Source: an uncultured Chloroflexia bacterium
GTDB taxonomy: Bacteria > Chloroflexota > Anaerolineae > CG2-30-64-16
Reading direction: 5' to 3'
NCBI GenBank assembly: GCA_963810095.1
Contig: CAWEMM010000012.1
Span: 192,001 to 256,000, forward strand
Length of the DNA stretch: 64,000 nt
The position numbers were made by a program, and so were the translations under genes. Shown here piece after piece: positions 28,757 through 40,116 of the stretch (its first letter is position 1; each line of letters opens with the position of its first letter). Under the pieces are notes generated by a model. The model did not search any database, was not told the DNA's origin, and was given only the letters and a program-made list of their open reading frames with translations.

Positions 28757-29865
28757 CTACGATTTGCTTGATTCCCGGTGATGGCGTCGGCCGAGAGGTT
28801 GTTCCTGCGGCCGCGCAAACGGTTGCTATCGTTCTGCCCGGCGTTCGCTTCGTAACGGCACAGGCCGGGTGGGATTGCTTCGTGCGCACCGGCAACGCGC
28901 TCCCGGAAGAAACCCGGCGCGTCGTGGGGGCAGCCGATGCGACCCTCTTCGGCGCCACACAGTCGCCCACCACCGGCGCCGGGAGCGCACGCGACGCGTT
29001 GAACGACGGCACGCCCGCCGTTTACCGCAGCCCCATCCTGGCCCTGCGCAAGACGTTCGACCTCTACGCAAACCTGCGGCCTGCCGCTCCGCTCGTCCCC
29101 AACGGCAAGCCCATCGACCTGCTCATCGTGCGTGAGAATACCGAGGGCCTGTACAGCGGCCGCGAACGGCGGGACGGCGACACGGCCATTGCCGAGCGGG
29201 TCATTACACGGCAGGCCAGCGAGCGCATCGCCCGGGTTGCGTTTGAGCAGGCCCGCCGGCGAGCCGCGCTCCGCTCGTGTGCCGGCCGCTGCGGCAAGGT
29301 CACCATCGTCCACAAGGCTAACGTGCTGAAGATCACCGACGGGCTGTTCCGTGAAAGCTGCCTGGCCGTGGCCCGCCAATACCCCGACGTCGAGGTCGAC
29401 GAGATGCTGGTGGATGCGGCCGCGATGTGGCTCGTGCGCGACCCCTCTCGCTTCGACGTGCTCGTGACCACGAACTTGTTCGGCGACATCCTCTCGGACC
29501 TGGCCGCCGGGCTCGTGGGCGGGTTGGGCATCGCGCCGTCGGCCAACGTAGGTGCGGGCAAGGCCGCGGTGTTCGAGCCGGTGCACGGCAGCGCGCCCGA
29601 CATCGTGGGGCGCGGCGTGGCCAACCCCATCGGCGCGATGCTGAGCGCGGCGATGATGCTCGAACACATCGGCCAGGGCAGCGCGGCCGGCGCCTTGCGC
29701 CAGGCCGTTCGCGCCACGGTCAAGGGCGGCCTGACCACGCCCGACCTTGGCGGCATGGCAACCACGAGCCAGGTCACCGCGGCCGTATGCGATATCCTGC
29801 GCGCGATGGCCGCGCGGGGCGAGATCGGGTACGGCCCGAGCCTGAGCCTGGAGCGGAGCGTTTAG
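28753..29865 (+). CDS. Homoisocitrate dehydrogenase (isocitrate/isopropylmalate dehydrogenase family)
   Basis: [51 protein letters not shown]; operon context. Confidence 0.88.
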   Translation: MTTICLIPGDGVGREVVPAAAQTVAIVLPGVRFVTAQAGWDCFVRTGNALPEETRRVVGAADATLFGATQSPTTGAGSARDALNDGTPAVYRSPILALRKTFDLYANLRPAAPLVPNGKPIDLLIVRENTEGLYSGRERRDGDTAIAERVITRQASERIARVAFEQARRRAALRSCAGRCGKVTIVHKANVLKITDGLFRESCLAVARQYPDVEVDEMLVDAAAMWLVRDPSRFDVLVTTNLFGDILSDLAAGLVGGLGIAPSANVGAGKAAVFEPVHGSAPDIVGRGVANPIGAMLSAAMMLEHIGQGSAAGALRQAVRATVKGGLTTPDLGGMATTSQVTAAVCDILRAMAARGEIGYGPSLSLERSV

Positions 29866-30003
29866 TGACGGGTTTTTGAGGGCGGCCCCGCCGGACCACC
29901 CTCTGGCACGTAATCCCGGTGTTGGGATGCTGATCAGCGCGGATCTCCCAGCGGTCGACGGTGCGTCGTTCGTTCGCCTTTGACCAGAGAGCGAGGTTCC
30001 CCC

Positions 30004-31107
30004 ATGTCAGCGTCCATCGAAGACACCACTGCCAGCGGCCTGGCGCTGCTGCGCGACCTGCTGGCAGTCCGGTCCCCATCCGGCCAGGAAATGCCGGCGG
30101 TAAACCACCTCGTCAAGTGGCTCGGCGGCCATGGGTTCATGGCCCACCGCGACACTGCGGGCAACGCCATCGGGGTCCTTGAAGCACCCGGGGCCGGCCC
30201 TACCAAAGAACTCATCCTCCTCGGTCACATCGACACGGTGCGCGGCTTCCCCAAGGTAATCGAACGCGACGGCAAGCTCTACGGCCGTGGCGCGGTCGAT
30301 GCAAAGGGCCCGCTGGTCGCGTTCGCCACGGCGGCCGCCGTGCTCGGCCCACAGCCTGGTTGGCGTATCGTCGTTGCCGGCGCCGTGGAAGAGGAGAGCA
30401 CGACCTCGAAGGGCGCCCGCCACCTCGCCCAGCGCCGCAAGCCCGATCTGTGCATCATCGGCGAGCCGACCGGCTGGCAGCGGGTGGCGCTCGGCTACAA
30501 GGGCCGCCTGCTGGCCGACGTCGAATTTCAGCGCATGGTCTCCCATACCGCGGGGCCTGCCGCGGCCGCGCCCGAGCTGGCGTTCGGTTACTGGCGCTGT
30601 GTGCAGGACCTGGTGGACGAGCTGAACACGGGCCGCGAGCGCTCGTGGGAGCAGGTGCAGGCGTCCTTGCGCCACTTCACCTCGGGCGACGACGGCATGC
30701 TGCAGACCGCCGAGATCCGCATGGGCTTTCGCCTGCCGCTGAGCGTGGGGCCGGAAGTGATGAAACGGCTGTTGGTCAGCGCCGACGGCATCGGCACCTT
30801 CCGCTTCAGCGGGGAGGAAGCCGCCTACCGGGCAGAGAAGAACACACCCCTCGTGCGAGCGTTCGTCTCGGCCGTGCGCGCCTACGGCGGCGAGCCCAGT
30901 TTCCTCAACAAGACGGGCACGAGCGACATGAACGTCGTCGGCCCGGCCTGGGGCTGCCCCATCCTGGCTTACGGGCCGGGCGACAGCAGCCTGGACCACA
31001 CGCCCGAGGAACACGTGGAGATCGAGGAGTGGGTCCGCGGCGTGGCGGTGCTGGTCGACGCGCTGCGGAGGCTGACAGGCAGCCCGGTGGGAAGCCAGCA
31101 AGACTGA
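30004..31107 (+). CDS. lysK: [LysW]-lysine/ornithine hydrolase (M20 family)
   Basis: LGHIDTV, GRGAVDAKG, VEEE, GEP, KTGTSDMN, YGPGDSSLDHTP.E. Confidence 0.92.
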   Translation: MSASIEDTTASGLALLRDLLAVRSPSGQEMPAVNHLVKWLGGHGFMAHRDTAGNAIGVLEAPGAGPTKELILLGHIDTVRGFPKVIERDGKLYGRGAVDAKGPLVAFATAAAVLGPQPGWRIVVAGAVEEESTTSKGARHLAQRRKPDLCIIGEPTGWQRVALGYKGRLLADVEFQRMVSHTAGPAAAAPELAFGYWRCVQDLVDELNTGRERSWEQVQASLRHFTSGDDGMLQTAEIRMGFRLPLSVGPEVMKRLLVSADGIGTFRFSGEEAAYRAEKNTPLVRAFVSAVRAYGGEPSFLNKTGTSDMNVVGPAWGCPILAYGPGDSSLDHTPEEHVEIEEWVRGVAVLVDALRRLTGSPVGSQQD

Positions 31108-31337
31108 CAACTAAGGCGGCCGACAGCGGGCTCCACCAGATCTGAAGCGCACGCCGCGGCCGTCGAAGTCCCAAATTAAGGCGATAGCGCAGGCACCCTT
31201 CGACTGGATGCTGCGCCGTTCCGGCGGCCGCGCCGGCATTTCGAATTGCTGCCGCGGCCGCCGGTCCGGAGCAACAATGTCGCCGGCGTGGTATACTTCC
31301 CCCACAAGCATTCATTGCAGCAGGACGAGACGAACTT

Positions 31338-33075
31338 GTGGCCGGAACCTACGCCTACACACCCGCAATCTGGCTGCCCCTTACCGGCGCCGCGCTCGTC
31401 GCCGTGCTGCTCGTGTACTGCTGGCAGCGCCGACAGATGCCAGCGGTCAGGCCGCTCCTCTACGCGTTCGCCTTAACGATCATCTGCCTGCTCGCGGCAG
31501 CTCTGGCAGCCGCGGCAACGAATCCGACAGCCAAGCTCGACTGGTTCCGCGTCAGGCAGGCCTTCCTGGTGCCGGCCGCGACCGCGGGCACCTGCTTCGT
31601 CCTCGAATATGCCTGGCCCGGCCGCTGGCTGACCCGCCGCAACCTTGCGCTGCTCGGCCTCCCGGCGCTATTGGCGGTCCTGCTGACCGTCGTGAACGAC
31701 GCGTGGTTCATGGCGCCCACGCTCGTCAGCGGTCCAGCCGGCCAGGTGCAGTACGTGACGGGCGCAGGAGTAGTCATCTTTACCGCCTATTTCGTCTTGC
31801 TGAGTTCGATCAACCTCGCCGCGTTGCTCTGGTTGTTCGTTCGCTCGCCTCAGCACCGCGGACCTGTAGCCGTGATGCTGCTGGGACAGGTCCTCAGCCG
31901 CACGCTGTTTCTTGTCGACATCGTCAATCAACCGTGGGCGCCCTTTTTCGATCCGCTGGTCGCAGGCATTCTCATCAGCTGCTCGACCTATGCAGTGGCT
32001 GCGTTCGGCTTCCGCATCTTCAACCCGCTGTCCGCCGCACGGCAAGCTGTGTTCCAGCAACTGCCTGCGGCCGCGGTCGTCTTTGATGCCCGGGGCCGCG
32101 TGCTCAGTCTTAACCCGGCCGCCGAAACGATCCTCGGCATCAGCGCAGCCAGCGCGCGCGGCAAGACCTGGCACGACTTGGTGCCCGCCGACGAGCTTCT
32201 GGCCGAGCGGCTGGGTGCCAGCGAACCGTTCCTCAGGGACCCGGCCACCGCCGGCCAACCCGAGAGCCTGCCCGATCTCGCCCTCGGAGACGGCGCAGAC
32301 GCCCGGGAATATGCCCGCGTGCTCTCGCCGCTCAGCGATTTCCGAGGGCTGGTCATAGGCTACCTGCTCGTGCTGCCCGACATGACCGACCTTCACCGGG
32401 CACAGGCCCAAGCGCTCGAGCAGCAGCGTGTCAGGGCGATTCAGGACGAGCGCGAGCGGATGGCACGCGAGCTGCACGACAGCCTGGGGCAGGTGCTGAG
32501 CTATACCAGCCTCCAGGCTGAGACGGCGGCGCAGCTCGCGCTCGGCGGGACAGGGTGAGGTCGCCGCGGGGCAGCTCGCCCGGCTGGGCGAGGTGGTGCG
32601 GGAGGCGCACGCCGACCTGCGCGAGCAGATCCTCAACCTCGCCAGCACCGGCGCGCTCGAGCGTTCCCTCTTCACGGCCGCGCGGCAGTACCTCGACGGG
32701 TTCACCCGGAGCCACGACATTCGCACGCGGCTGGCGGTGGAGCCGGGGCTGGACGACGCCACCTTCCCGCCGGCCGTGCGGCTGCAGCTGTTCCGCATCC
32801 TGCAGGAGGCGCTCTCGAACGCTCGTAAGCACGGCCAGGCCCACCAGGTGCAGGTGAGCTTCACCGCCGGGGAGGGCCGGGTCTGCATGACCGTGGACGA
32901 CGACGGCTGCGGGTTTGATGCGCAGCGGGTGGCGCGCGACCCCGGCGCGCATTTCGGCTTGCAGTTCATGGCCGACCGGGCCGAGGAATTGGGCGGCAGC
33001 CTGCAGGTGACCTCCGCGCCCGGACGCGGGACACGTGTGGCCGTGGAGATGCCACGGAGCAGGAGTTCAGCATGA
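31338..33075 (+). CDS. Sensor histidine kinase (HisKA_7TM + PAS + HisKA_3/HATPase); frameshift ~32550
   Basis: ~7 TM N-terminus, PAS-like LNPAAE, ERERMARELHDSLGQ, QEALSNARKHG, DDGCGF, HFGL. Confidence 0.88.
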
Positions 33076-33796
33076 GGGTGCTCCTGGCCGACGATCACCG
33101 GCTGGTGGTCGAGGGGATCAGCAACTTGCTGGCGGTGAACGGCATCGAGGTCGTGGGCATCGCCAACGACGGCCTGGAGGCGGTCGCGCTAGCCGGAGCT
33201 GCAGCCCGACCTGATCCTGATGGACATCCGGATGCCGAGCTGCGACGGCCTGTCGGCCACCCGGCAGATCAAGGCCGTGCAGCCCGAGATGCAGATCGTC
33301 ATGCTGACCACGTCCGGCGAAAGCCAGGACCTGTTCGAGGCGGTGAAAAGCGGCGCGTGCGGGTACCTGCTCAAGACGATGGGGCGGGACGCGTTCATCG
33401 CCGCGCTCCAGGACGCGGAGCAGGGCATCCCGCCCTTCTCGCCGGGGCTGGCCAGCCAGTTGCTCGACGAATTTGCCCGGCTGGGCCGGGCGGCAGACGC
33501 CGCGCGTCCGGGAAAAGCCGGCGCCGGAGCCCCAGGTTCCTCGTGAGCCCACGGAGGAAGCAGCGCTCACCGAGCGTGCGCTCGCCGAGCGAGCGCTCAC
33601 CGAGCGTACGCTCACGGAGCGCCAAGCCGAGGTTCTGCGGCTCGTGGCCATAGGGCTGACCTACGACGAGGTCGGCGAACAGCTTGGCATCAGCGAGCGG
33701 ACGGTGCGCTACCAGATGACCAAGATCATGGACCGGCTGCACCTGTACAACCGAGCGCAGGTGCTCGCGTACGCCGGGAAACTCGGGCTCAAATAA
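33072..33796 (+). CDS. NarL/LuxR-family response regulator (frameshifts ~33190, ~33545)
   Basis: MRVLLADDH, PDLILMDIRMP, GYLLK, LTERQAEVL...ISERTVRYQ HTH. Confidence 0.88.
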
Positions 33797-33908
33797 ACTC
33801 TTCTCCGTTTGTCCTCCGCAAGAACGACACTTGCGCCCCTCAAACTGGCGTGAGCGGCTGTCGCTAACGACATTCCCAGCGTCCCTCAAACGTGCTACTC
33901 TGCTCATC

Positions 33909-34247
33909 ATGGCAAAGACGCAGCGGGTCCTTGTCTGCGGCAGCAGCGTGGCTCTGGCCGGGATTGAAACCAGCCTGAGCCTGGAGCCCGGCTGTGTCGT
34001 CCTCAGTCACACCTTGCCCATCAGCCGCGAAGAACTGATTTGCCTCACCCCTGACGTAGTACTGTTCGACCTGGATGCCGTCCCACCCTCGTTCGTCTAC
34101 ACCGTTTCCAACGAATTGCCCGGCGCGCTCTTGATCGGGATCGACCTGGAAACGAACCGCGCGCTGCTGTGGACCGAGCACCACGCGGAAGGAATGTCCA
34201 GCCAGGACCTCGCACAAATCATTCGTCACCAAGGAGAATCATCGTGA
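33909..34247 (+). CDS. Small stand-alone degenerate receiver-like protein
   Basis: RVLV...PDVVLFDLD pattern; stop overlaps the downstream GTG. Confidence 0.55.
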   Translation: MAKTQRVLVCGSSVALAGIETSLSLEPGCVVLSHTLPISREELICLTPDVVLFDLDAVPPSFVYTVSNELPGALLIGIDLETNRALLWTEHHAEGMSSQDLAQIIRHQGESS

Positions 34248-35842
34248 AATTCAACAACAGGTCTCTCGTCATCGTCTTTGTCGCGCTAACGGCGCTGCTG
34301 CTGCTCATTGGGACGGTGAGCGCAGGGTCCCCGGCGGCAAAAAGCAACGCCCCGGTGTCGGCTGCGATAACACCCATTCCCACCGTCGCCAAAACCAACC
34401 TGACGGACTATATCGGCTCGCCGGTGAAGGCGCACCCGTTGCCGGTGGCCCACGTGCCGCAGAATCCGTCCCTCGCGCCCAACCCGTTCAACTACGTGCA
34501 CAATGACTCATGGGCCAGCGACGTATACGATATCCCCGGCCCGCTTGGCCGGGCCCCGGTCGTCCAGTCGACGACGCTCGCCGAAGCGCGCCGGAACCCC
34601 TACGGGCCAGTCTTCGCCTGTTCGGGCGACGTGTTTGACAGCCAGGGCCGCCTGATCTTGTCGTGTACCGGGCCCGGAGAGTGGAGCCTGGTCATGGTCG
34701 ACCCGGACACGCTCGAAGTGCTGACCTACCTGTATTTGCCGGCCCCGGCAGACCAGGGCAGTAGCTGGTCCACAGCCTACCTCTACCTTGACAACAAGGA
34801 CCAGATAATCATGCCGGTGGTGGACGGCAACAAGGTCAAGATCCTGGTGGTGCGCACGGTCGAATCCGCGGGGAAGCCGCACTTCGAGTTCGTCGGCGAC
34901 GGGTACGACATCACGAGCTATGTCGCGCAGGGCGACAATATCAACGGGTTGCTGGCTGACTGGCAAGGCCGGATCTGGTTCGTCGTCCGGCAGGCGGCGA
35001 CCGTTGGGGTGCTGGATCCAGTGACAGTTCGGTCCAGACCCTGAAGCTCGAGGGTTCGATCACCAACGGCTTTTCCATGGACCGCGACGCCGCCTTTATA
35101 GACACGACAGCCATGATGTACCGGGTCGAGGCGGGTCTTAACGGCGCACCGCGCATCGTCTGGCATGCGGGGTATGAGAACGTCGGCTACAAGAAGCCCG
35201 GCCAGCTCTCCGCTGGCTCCGGCACGACGCCGACGATTCTTGGCAACGGCAAGTACGTCGCCATCACGGACAACGCCGACCAATTGCACGTGATAGTGTA
35301 TCGGACCGACGCCAAGGAGATGACGGAGAAGGAGCGCGTCGTCTGCGAGGTGCCGGTATTCGAACAGGGCGCCGGGGCGGACGAGAACTCCCTGATCGGC
35401 TCAGGCCTGTCGCTCATCGCCTACAACGCCTACGGCAACGACTTCGACAAACTGTTTGTGCCGCAAAGCCCGCCCCAGCCCCAGAAGAACGAGCCCGGCA
35501 TCGCGCGCGTCGACATCGATCCCAACGGCAAGGGCTGCACGAAGGTTTGGGAGAACGATAGCCTCACGGTGACCGACGAGACCCACAAGCTGTCTACGAA
35601 GACGGGCCTGATCTATGCCATCGGCCGGAAGTGGGACTCGAGTTTCAAGTATTCGAACGGCGATGAACTGGACGTCTACTACTTCACGGCAATCGACTTC
35701 CGCACGGGCATAGGTCGCCTGGGAAAAGCTGCTGGGTAACGGCTACAGCTACGATGGCTTCGAAAACGTGCTCATCGGCCCGAGACGCATCGGGTACATC
35801 TCGCAGTACGGCGGGCTGATCTCGATCAGGGATTCGAAGTAA
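34244..35842 (+). CDS. Secreted putative beta-propeller protein, paralog A (frameshifts)
   Basis: Signal peptide; HND, DWQGRIWF, KPGQLSAGSGTTPT, ITDNAD, GIARVD; pieces in ORFs 34169 and 35077 plus tail. Confidence 0.65.
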
Positions 35843-35855
35843 GGAAGGTTTCACG

Positions 35856-37436
35856 ATGAAGCTCAGCAAACTCTCCGTCATCGTCTTTGTCGCACTGGCA
35901 GCGCTGGCCCTGCTCATGGGGACAGTGAGCGCGGACACGCCGTCCGGTTCCGGGGCGCCCGGCGTCACGCCGATCCCCAACGACGGCTCAACGGACCTGC
36001 CTGCCTACGTCGGCGCACCTTGGAAGGCCCACCCGCTGCCGCCGGCCCTGGCCCCGCAGAACCCGTACTTCGCGGCCAACCCGTTCAGCAACTATCACAA
36101 CGACACGTGGATGAGCGACACCTTCGACATCCCGGGGCCGCTCGGCCGCAACCCGGACATCTTCTCGTCCACCTTCGTCGAGGCGCGCACGAAGCCGGTC
36201 ACCTCGCCGGTGTTCATGTGCGGCACGGTCGCGTTCGACTCGCACGGCCGAATCGCGACGATCTGCCAGAGCTCGGAAGAAGGCGTGGTCATCCTGGCCG
36301 ACGCCGATTCGCTGGCCGTCCTCGCCTCGTTGGTCCTGCCGCCGCTGCCAGAATGTCGAGCAGCGGCTCGGGCGCGGGCTACATGATGCTGGACAACCAG
36401 GATCGCGTGTGGACGCCCCAAGGCAGCCACCTCGTCGCGGTCAGGGAGACCGGCGACGCGGCGCACCCAGGGCTAGCGCTGGACGCGGACTACGACCTGT
36501 CTGCGCTGGTCCCCCCAGGCGACACCATCGGCTCGGTCGTGCCTGACTGGCAGGGCCGCATGTGGTTCGTGGTGCGCGATGCTGGCGTCGCCGGCGTGCT
36601 CGACCCGAAGACGGGCGCGGCCCAGGGCCTGAAACTGGGGGTGGGGGAGCGCATCGCCAACTCGTTCGCAATAGACGGCGTGGATGCGTACGTCGTGACC
36701 ACTGGCAAGCTGTACCGCCTGACGGCAGGCGCGGACAACGTCCCGCGTGTCGTCTGGTCGGCCGGCTATCAAAAACGACTACCCGATCACCCCTAAGCCC
36801 GGGCAGATCTCGACCGGCTCGGGCACGACCCCAACCATCCTGGACCACGGCAAGTACGTCGCGATTGCAGACAACGCCACCCAAGCGCACATCGTCGTCT
36901 ACCGTACCGCCCAGCCGCTCGGCCGTAACCAGGACCGGGTGGTCTGTGAGCAGCCCGTGTTCCAGCCGGGCCTCGGCGTGATCGAGGACTCGCTGGTCGG
37001 CTCGGGCCGCTCGCTGATCGCGTCGAACAACTACGGCTACGTCTTCAACAAGACATACCCTGCCTGAGCCCGCCCACGCAGCCGGGCGTGGCCCGGGTCG
37101 ACGTCGATCCGAACGGCAAGGGCTGCACGAACGTGTGGACGAACTACGACGTCAACCCGGCGTCGTACGGGGCCAAGCTCTCCACTAAGACCGGCCTGGT
37201 CTTCCTCGTCAGCCGGAAGAGCGACATGACGAAGGTAGGACGCCAGGCACCCGTACGGGCTGGACGTCTGGTACTGGACGACCATCGACTTCCGGACGGG
37301 CCGGACCGTGTGGGAGAGGATGGCGGGGACCGGGCCCGGCTTCGACGGCTACTGGCCGCTGGGCTTCATCGGCCCGAACGGCGCCTTCTACGAGGGCGGC
37401 TATATGGGGGTCTTCGCGCTGCGCGACACCAACTGA
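35856..37436 (+). CDS. Secreted putative beta-propeller protein, paralog B (frameshifts)
   Basis: Same motifs as paralog A (HND, DWQGRMWF, KPGQISTGSGTTPT, IADNA); ORFs 35856, 36020, 36747, 37088. Confidence 0.65.
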
Positions 37437-37533
37437 GCCGCGGGGATCCGGCGCCGTATGGCAGACACGAACCCGGCGGCGGCCACGAAGAGCAATGTTC
37501 GCCGACGCATCGCCGGAAGAAAGGTGACTCCTA

Positions 37534-37989
37534 ATGCAAGCTCGTACATGTCTCGGTCTTCTCGTGGTGCTGTTCCTCGCATTGGCTTGTGCGCCCCTGC
37601 CACCTGCTGCAGCGCCCGTCTCGCAGACGTACACTAGCCCGGCCGGCTTCAGCATCCAGTACCCGTCGAGTTGGAAGCAGACTGAGCTTCCGCCGACCGC
37701 GACGGCCCAGGGCGCTCGCCTGGACGGCCCGGAAGGCACAGTGGAACTGTGGTGGGGGACAGGCTTCGGCGGCGCCTGCCCCGAGGGATTCTCCACAGTC
37801 AAGGTGGCGCAAGGGGAGCTGCCCGTGTGCCACATCGTCGGGGCTGACGGCATCAGCCACTGGGAACAGGTGAACAAGGAACTGGCGAAAACCTCGTTCA
37901 GCGGCCGGGCGTACACCAAGGACGCGACACAAGCGAGCGTGGACGCGGTGCTGGCAGTCCTCGCGACGCTGGCGTTTGATGCCCGATAG
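37534..37989 (+). CDS. Putative lipoprotein
   Basis: Signal with LALAC lipobox; GFSIQYP..W PsbP-like start. Confidence 0.65.
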   Translation: MQARTCLGLLVVLFLALACAPLPPAAAPVSQTYTSPAGFSIQYPSSWKQTELPPTATAQGARLDGPEGTVELWWGTGFGGACPEGFSTVKVAQGELPVCHIVGADGISHWEQVNKELAKTSFSGRAYTKDATQASVDAVLAVLATLAFDAR

Positions 37990-38033
37990 CAGGGCCGCGT
38001 TCCAGTTCAAGTAAGCAAACCAGGAGGAAAGCA

Positions 38034-39382
38034 ATGAAACTGCAATCGTTGGGCCGGCTGGCCCTGCTGCCGGCCGCGGTCCTCGGGCTGGCGCTTGTCG
38101 TGATGGTGGTGGCCGCACCCAGTGCGCATGCGCAGTCCGGCGGCTACCTCCAGGTGGCCGTGGGACTTTTCCACACTTGTGCGATTCAGATGGTGGATGA
38201 CAGCGGTGCCGGCCCCGTCCAGTGCTGGGGCGACAACGAGTTCAGGCAGGCGTCGCCCCCGAGCGGCGTGTTCAAGCAGATCACTGCCGGGGATTACCAC
38301 ACCTGCGGGATCAGGGCTGCCGATGACGTCGTGCAGTGCTGGGGATCCAACGTAAAGTTCGATTACTGCGACGTCGAGGGCGGCGGCGAGTGTTACTACG
38401 ACAAGCACATGGCAAGCGACCCCTCCTCCCGGGTTCACGGCTGAGCAGATCAGCGCCGGCGCGGATCACACGTGCGGCGTGGCCCTCGACGGCAGCGTTG
38501 TCTGCTGGGGGCTCAACTCACAAGGCGAAGCAGCAGCCAGTCGACCGGGCAACTATGTGGAGGTCACGGCGGGTGTAGACCACACCTGCGCTGGGCAAGG
38601 CAGATGGCGGCGTCGACTGCTGGGGCAACGACAAGTACAGCAAGACAACGCCGCCGGCCGGGGTTGGCCTTCAAGCAGATCACCGCCGGCGAGAACCACA
38701 CCTGCGGGATCAAGACCGACGGCAACGTCGGTGTGTTGGGGCGGCAACACCTGGGGGCAGGCGCCGGATTACCGGGCCGGACCGGACACCCAGATCAGCG
38801 CGGGCGACCTGTTCAACTGCGCGGTCCGGACGCAACGGCGCGTTGGACTGCTGGGGCTACAACTTCTACGGGCAGGTCAAGCAGGCGCCCCTCGGCGGGT
38901 TCACGCAGGTCGGCGCTGGCGGAGGTCATGCCTGCGCGATCAAGTCGGACGGGACCGTCGCCTGCTGGGGCCGGAATGATCACGGACAAGCCACCCCACC
39001 GATGCCCGGCGCGACCCCGGCGCCCTTCGCTTTCGCTGGCTTCTACCCGCCGCTGGCCCCGGCCACGGGCGAGATGCCGGCACTGAACGTGGTGAAGGCG
39101 GGCAGTACCGTGCCGCTGAAGTTCAGCCTGGGCGGGGACAAGGGCCTGGCAGTGATCGAGCCGGACTCCCCTGCGTCCGGGCCGCTGGACTGCAAGAGCA
39201 TGGATCCCGCCGAGACGCTGGCGCCCGCGAAATCGGCCGGGGGCGAGGGGCTGACCTACGATCCTGCGAGCGGCCAGTACACCTACGTGTGGAAGACGGA
39301 GAAGGCCTGGAAGGGCTGCCGCTACCTGTCGCTGCGGCTCGTCGACGGCACCGAGCACCGGGCCGCGTTCCAGTTCAAGTAG
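38034..39382 (+). CDS. Secreted RCC1/BLIP-II-like repeat protein with C-terminal PxKF domain (frameshifts)
   Basis: Repeated QI.AG..HTC.I..DG...CWG.N..GQ; FAGFYPP...VKAGSTVPLKFSL...YTYVWKT. Confidence 0.75.
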
Positions 39383-39547
39383 CCGCGCGTCAAGGCTGGA
39401 GCCACGCCAGACAATCACGGTCGTCCAGCCGCTAACAGTTCCACGTGTGATATTTCGTAGCTTCTGCTACATTCACCAACAGCGCCCGGGAGTATGCTTC
39501 CGGGCGTTGCCGCGCTCGACGACCGAACGCGAGCTTGAGGAGCAGGA

Positions 39548-40060
39548 GTGGATCAGACATCATTCAATCATAGCGGCGCCGTGCGCGACATGGTCGAGGA
39601 CCTGGCGGGCGACCTGGACCCCACGGGCGTCGAAATCATGCGCCTCGTGCGCATGGTCTGCAACCTTTACGACGCCCGGGTGGACGACGCCTTGCGCTCG
39701 ACTGGACTTTCCGGGCCCCGCTGGGGGCTGCTCCTGCGCATGCTGGCCGAAGAGAAGCGGGGCGGCACGAGGGGCATGTCGCCCACCCATCTCAGCCGGT
39801 GCCAGAACGTTAGCAAAAACGCCATCAGCAGTCTCATTGGCGGGCTCGAAGAACAAGGTCTCGTCGAGCGTGAGCTGGACCAGGCCGACAAGCGGGTCTT
39901 CCGCATCCACCTGACCGATGCCGGGCGCCAGGCCGTGCAGGACACCGCGCCCGACCACGTCGCCTACCTCAACGCCCTCGCGGGCGACTTGGGGGACGAA
40001 GAACGCGGCCAACTGATTGGCCTGCTCGAAAAACTGTACGCATCGCTGACCAGGGCATAA
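39548..40060 (+). CDS. MarR-family transcriptional regulator
   Basis: GLSGPRW.LL, wHTH, LEEQGLVER....DKR...I.LT..G. Confidence 0.9.
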   Translation: MDQTSFNHSGAVRDMVEDLAGDLDPTGVEIMRLVRMVCNLYDARVDDALRSTGLSGPRWGLLLRMLAEEKRGGTRGMSPTHLSRCQNVSKNAISSLIGGLEEQGLVERELDQADKRVFRIHLTDAGRQAVQDTAPDHVAYLNALAGDLGDEERGQLIGLLEKLYASLTRA

Positions 40061-40116
40061 TCCTTCGCGCCTTCGCCAACCCCGAAGGGCTGTGAACTCA
40101 CAAGGAGGCACTTTCC

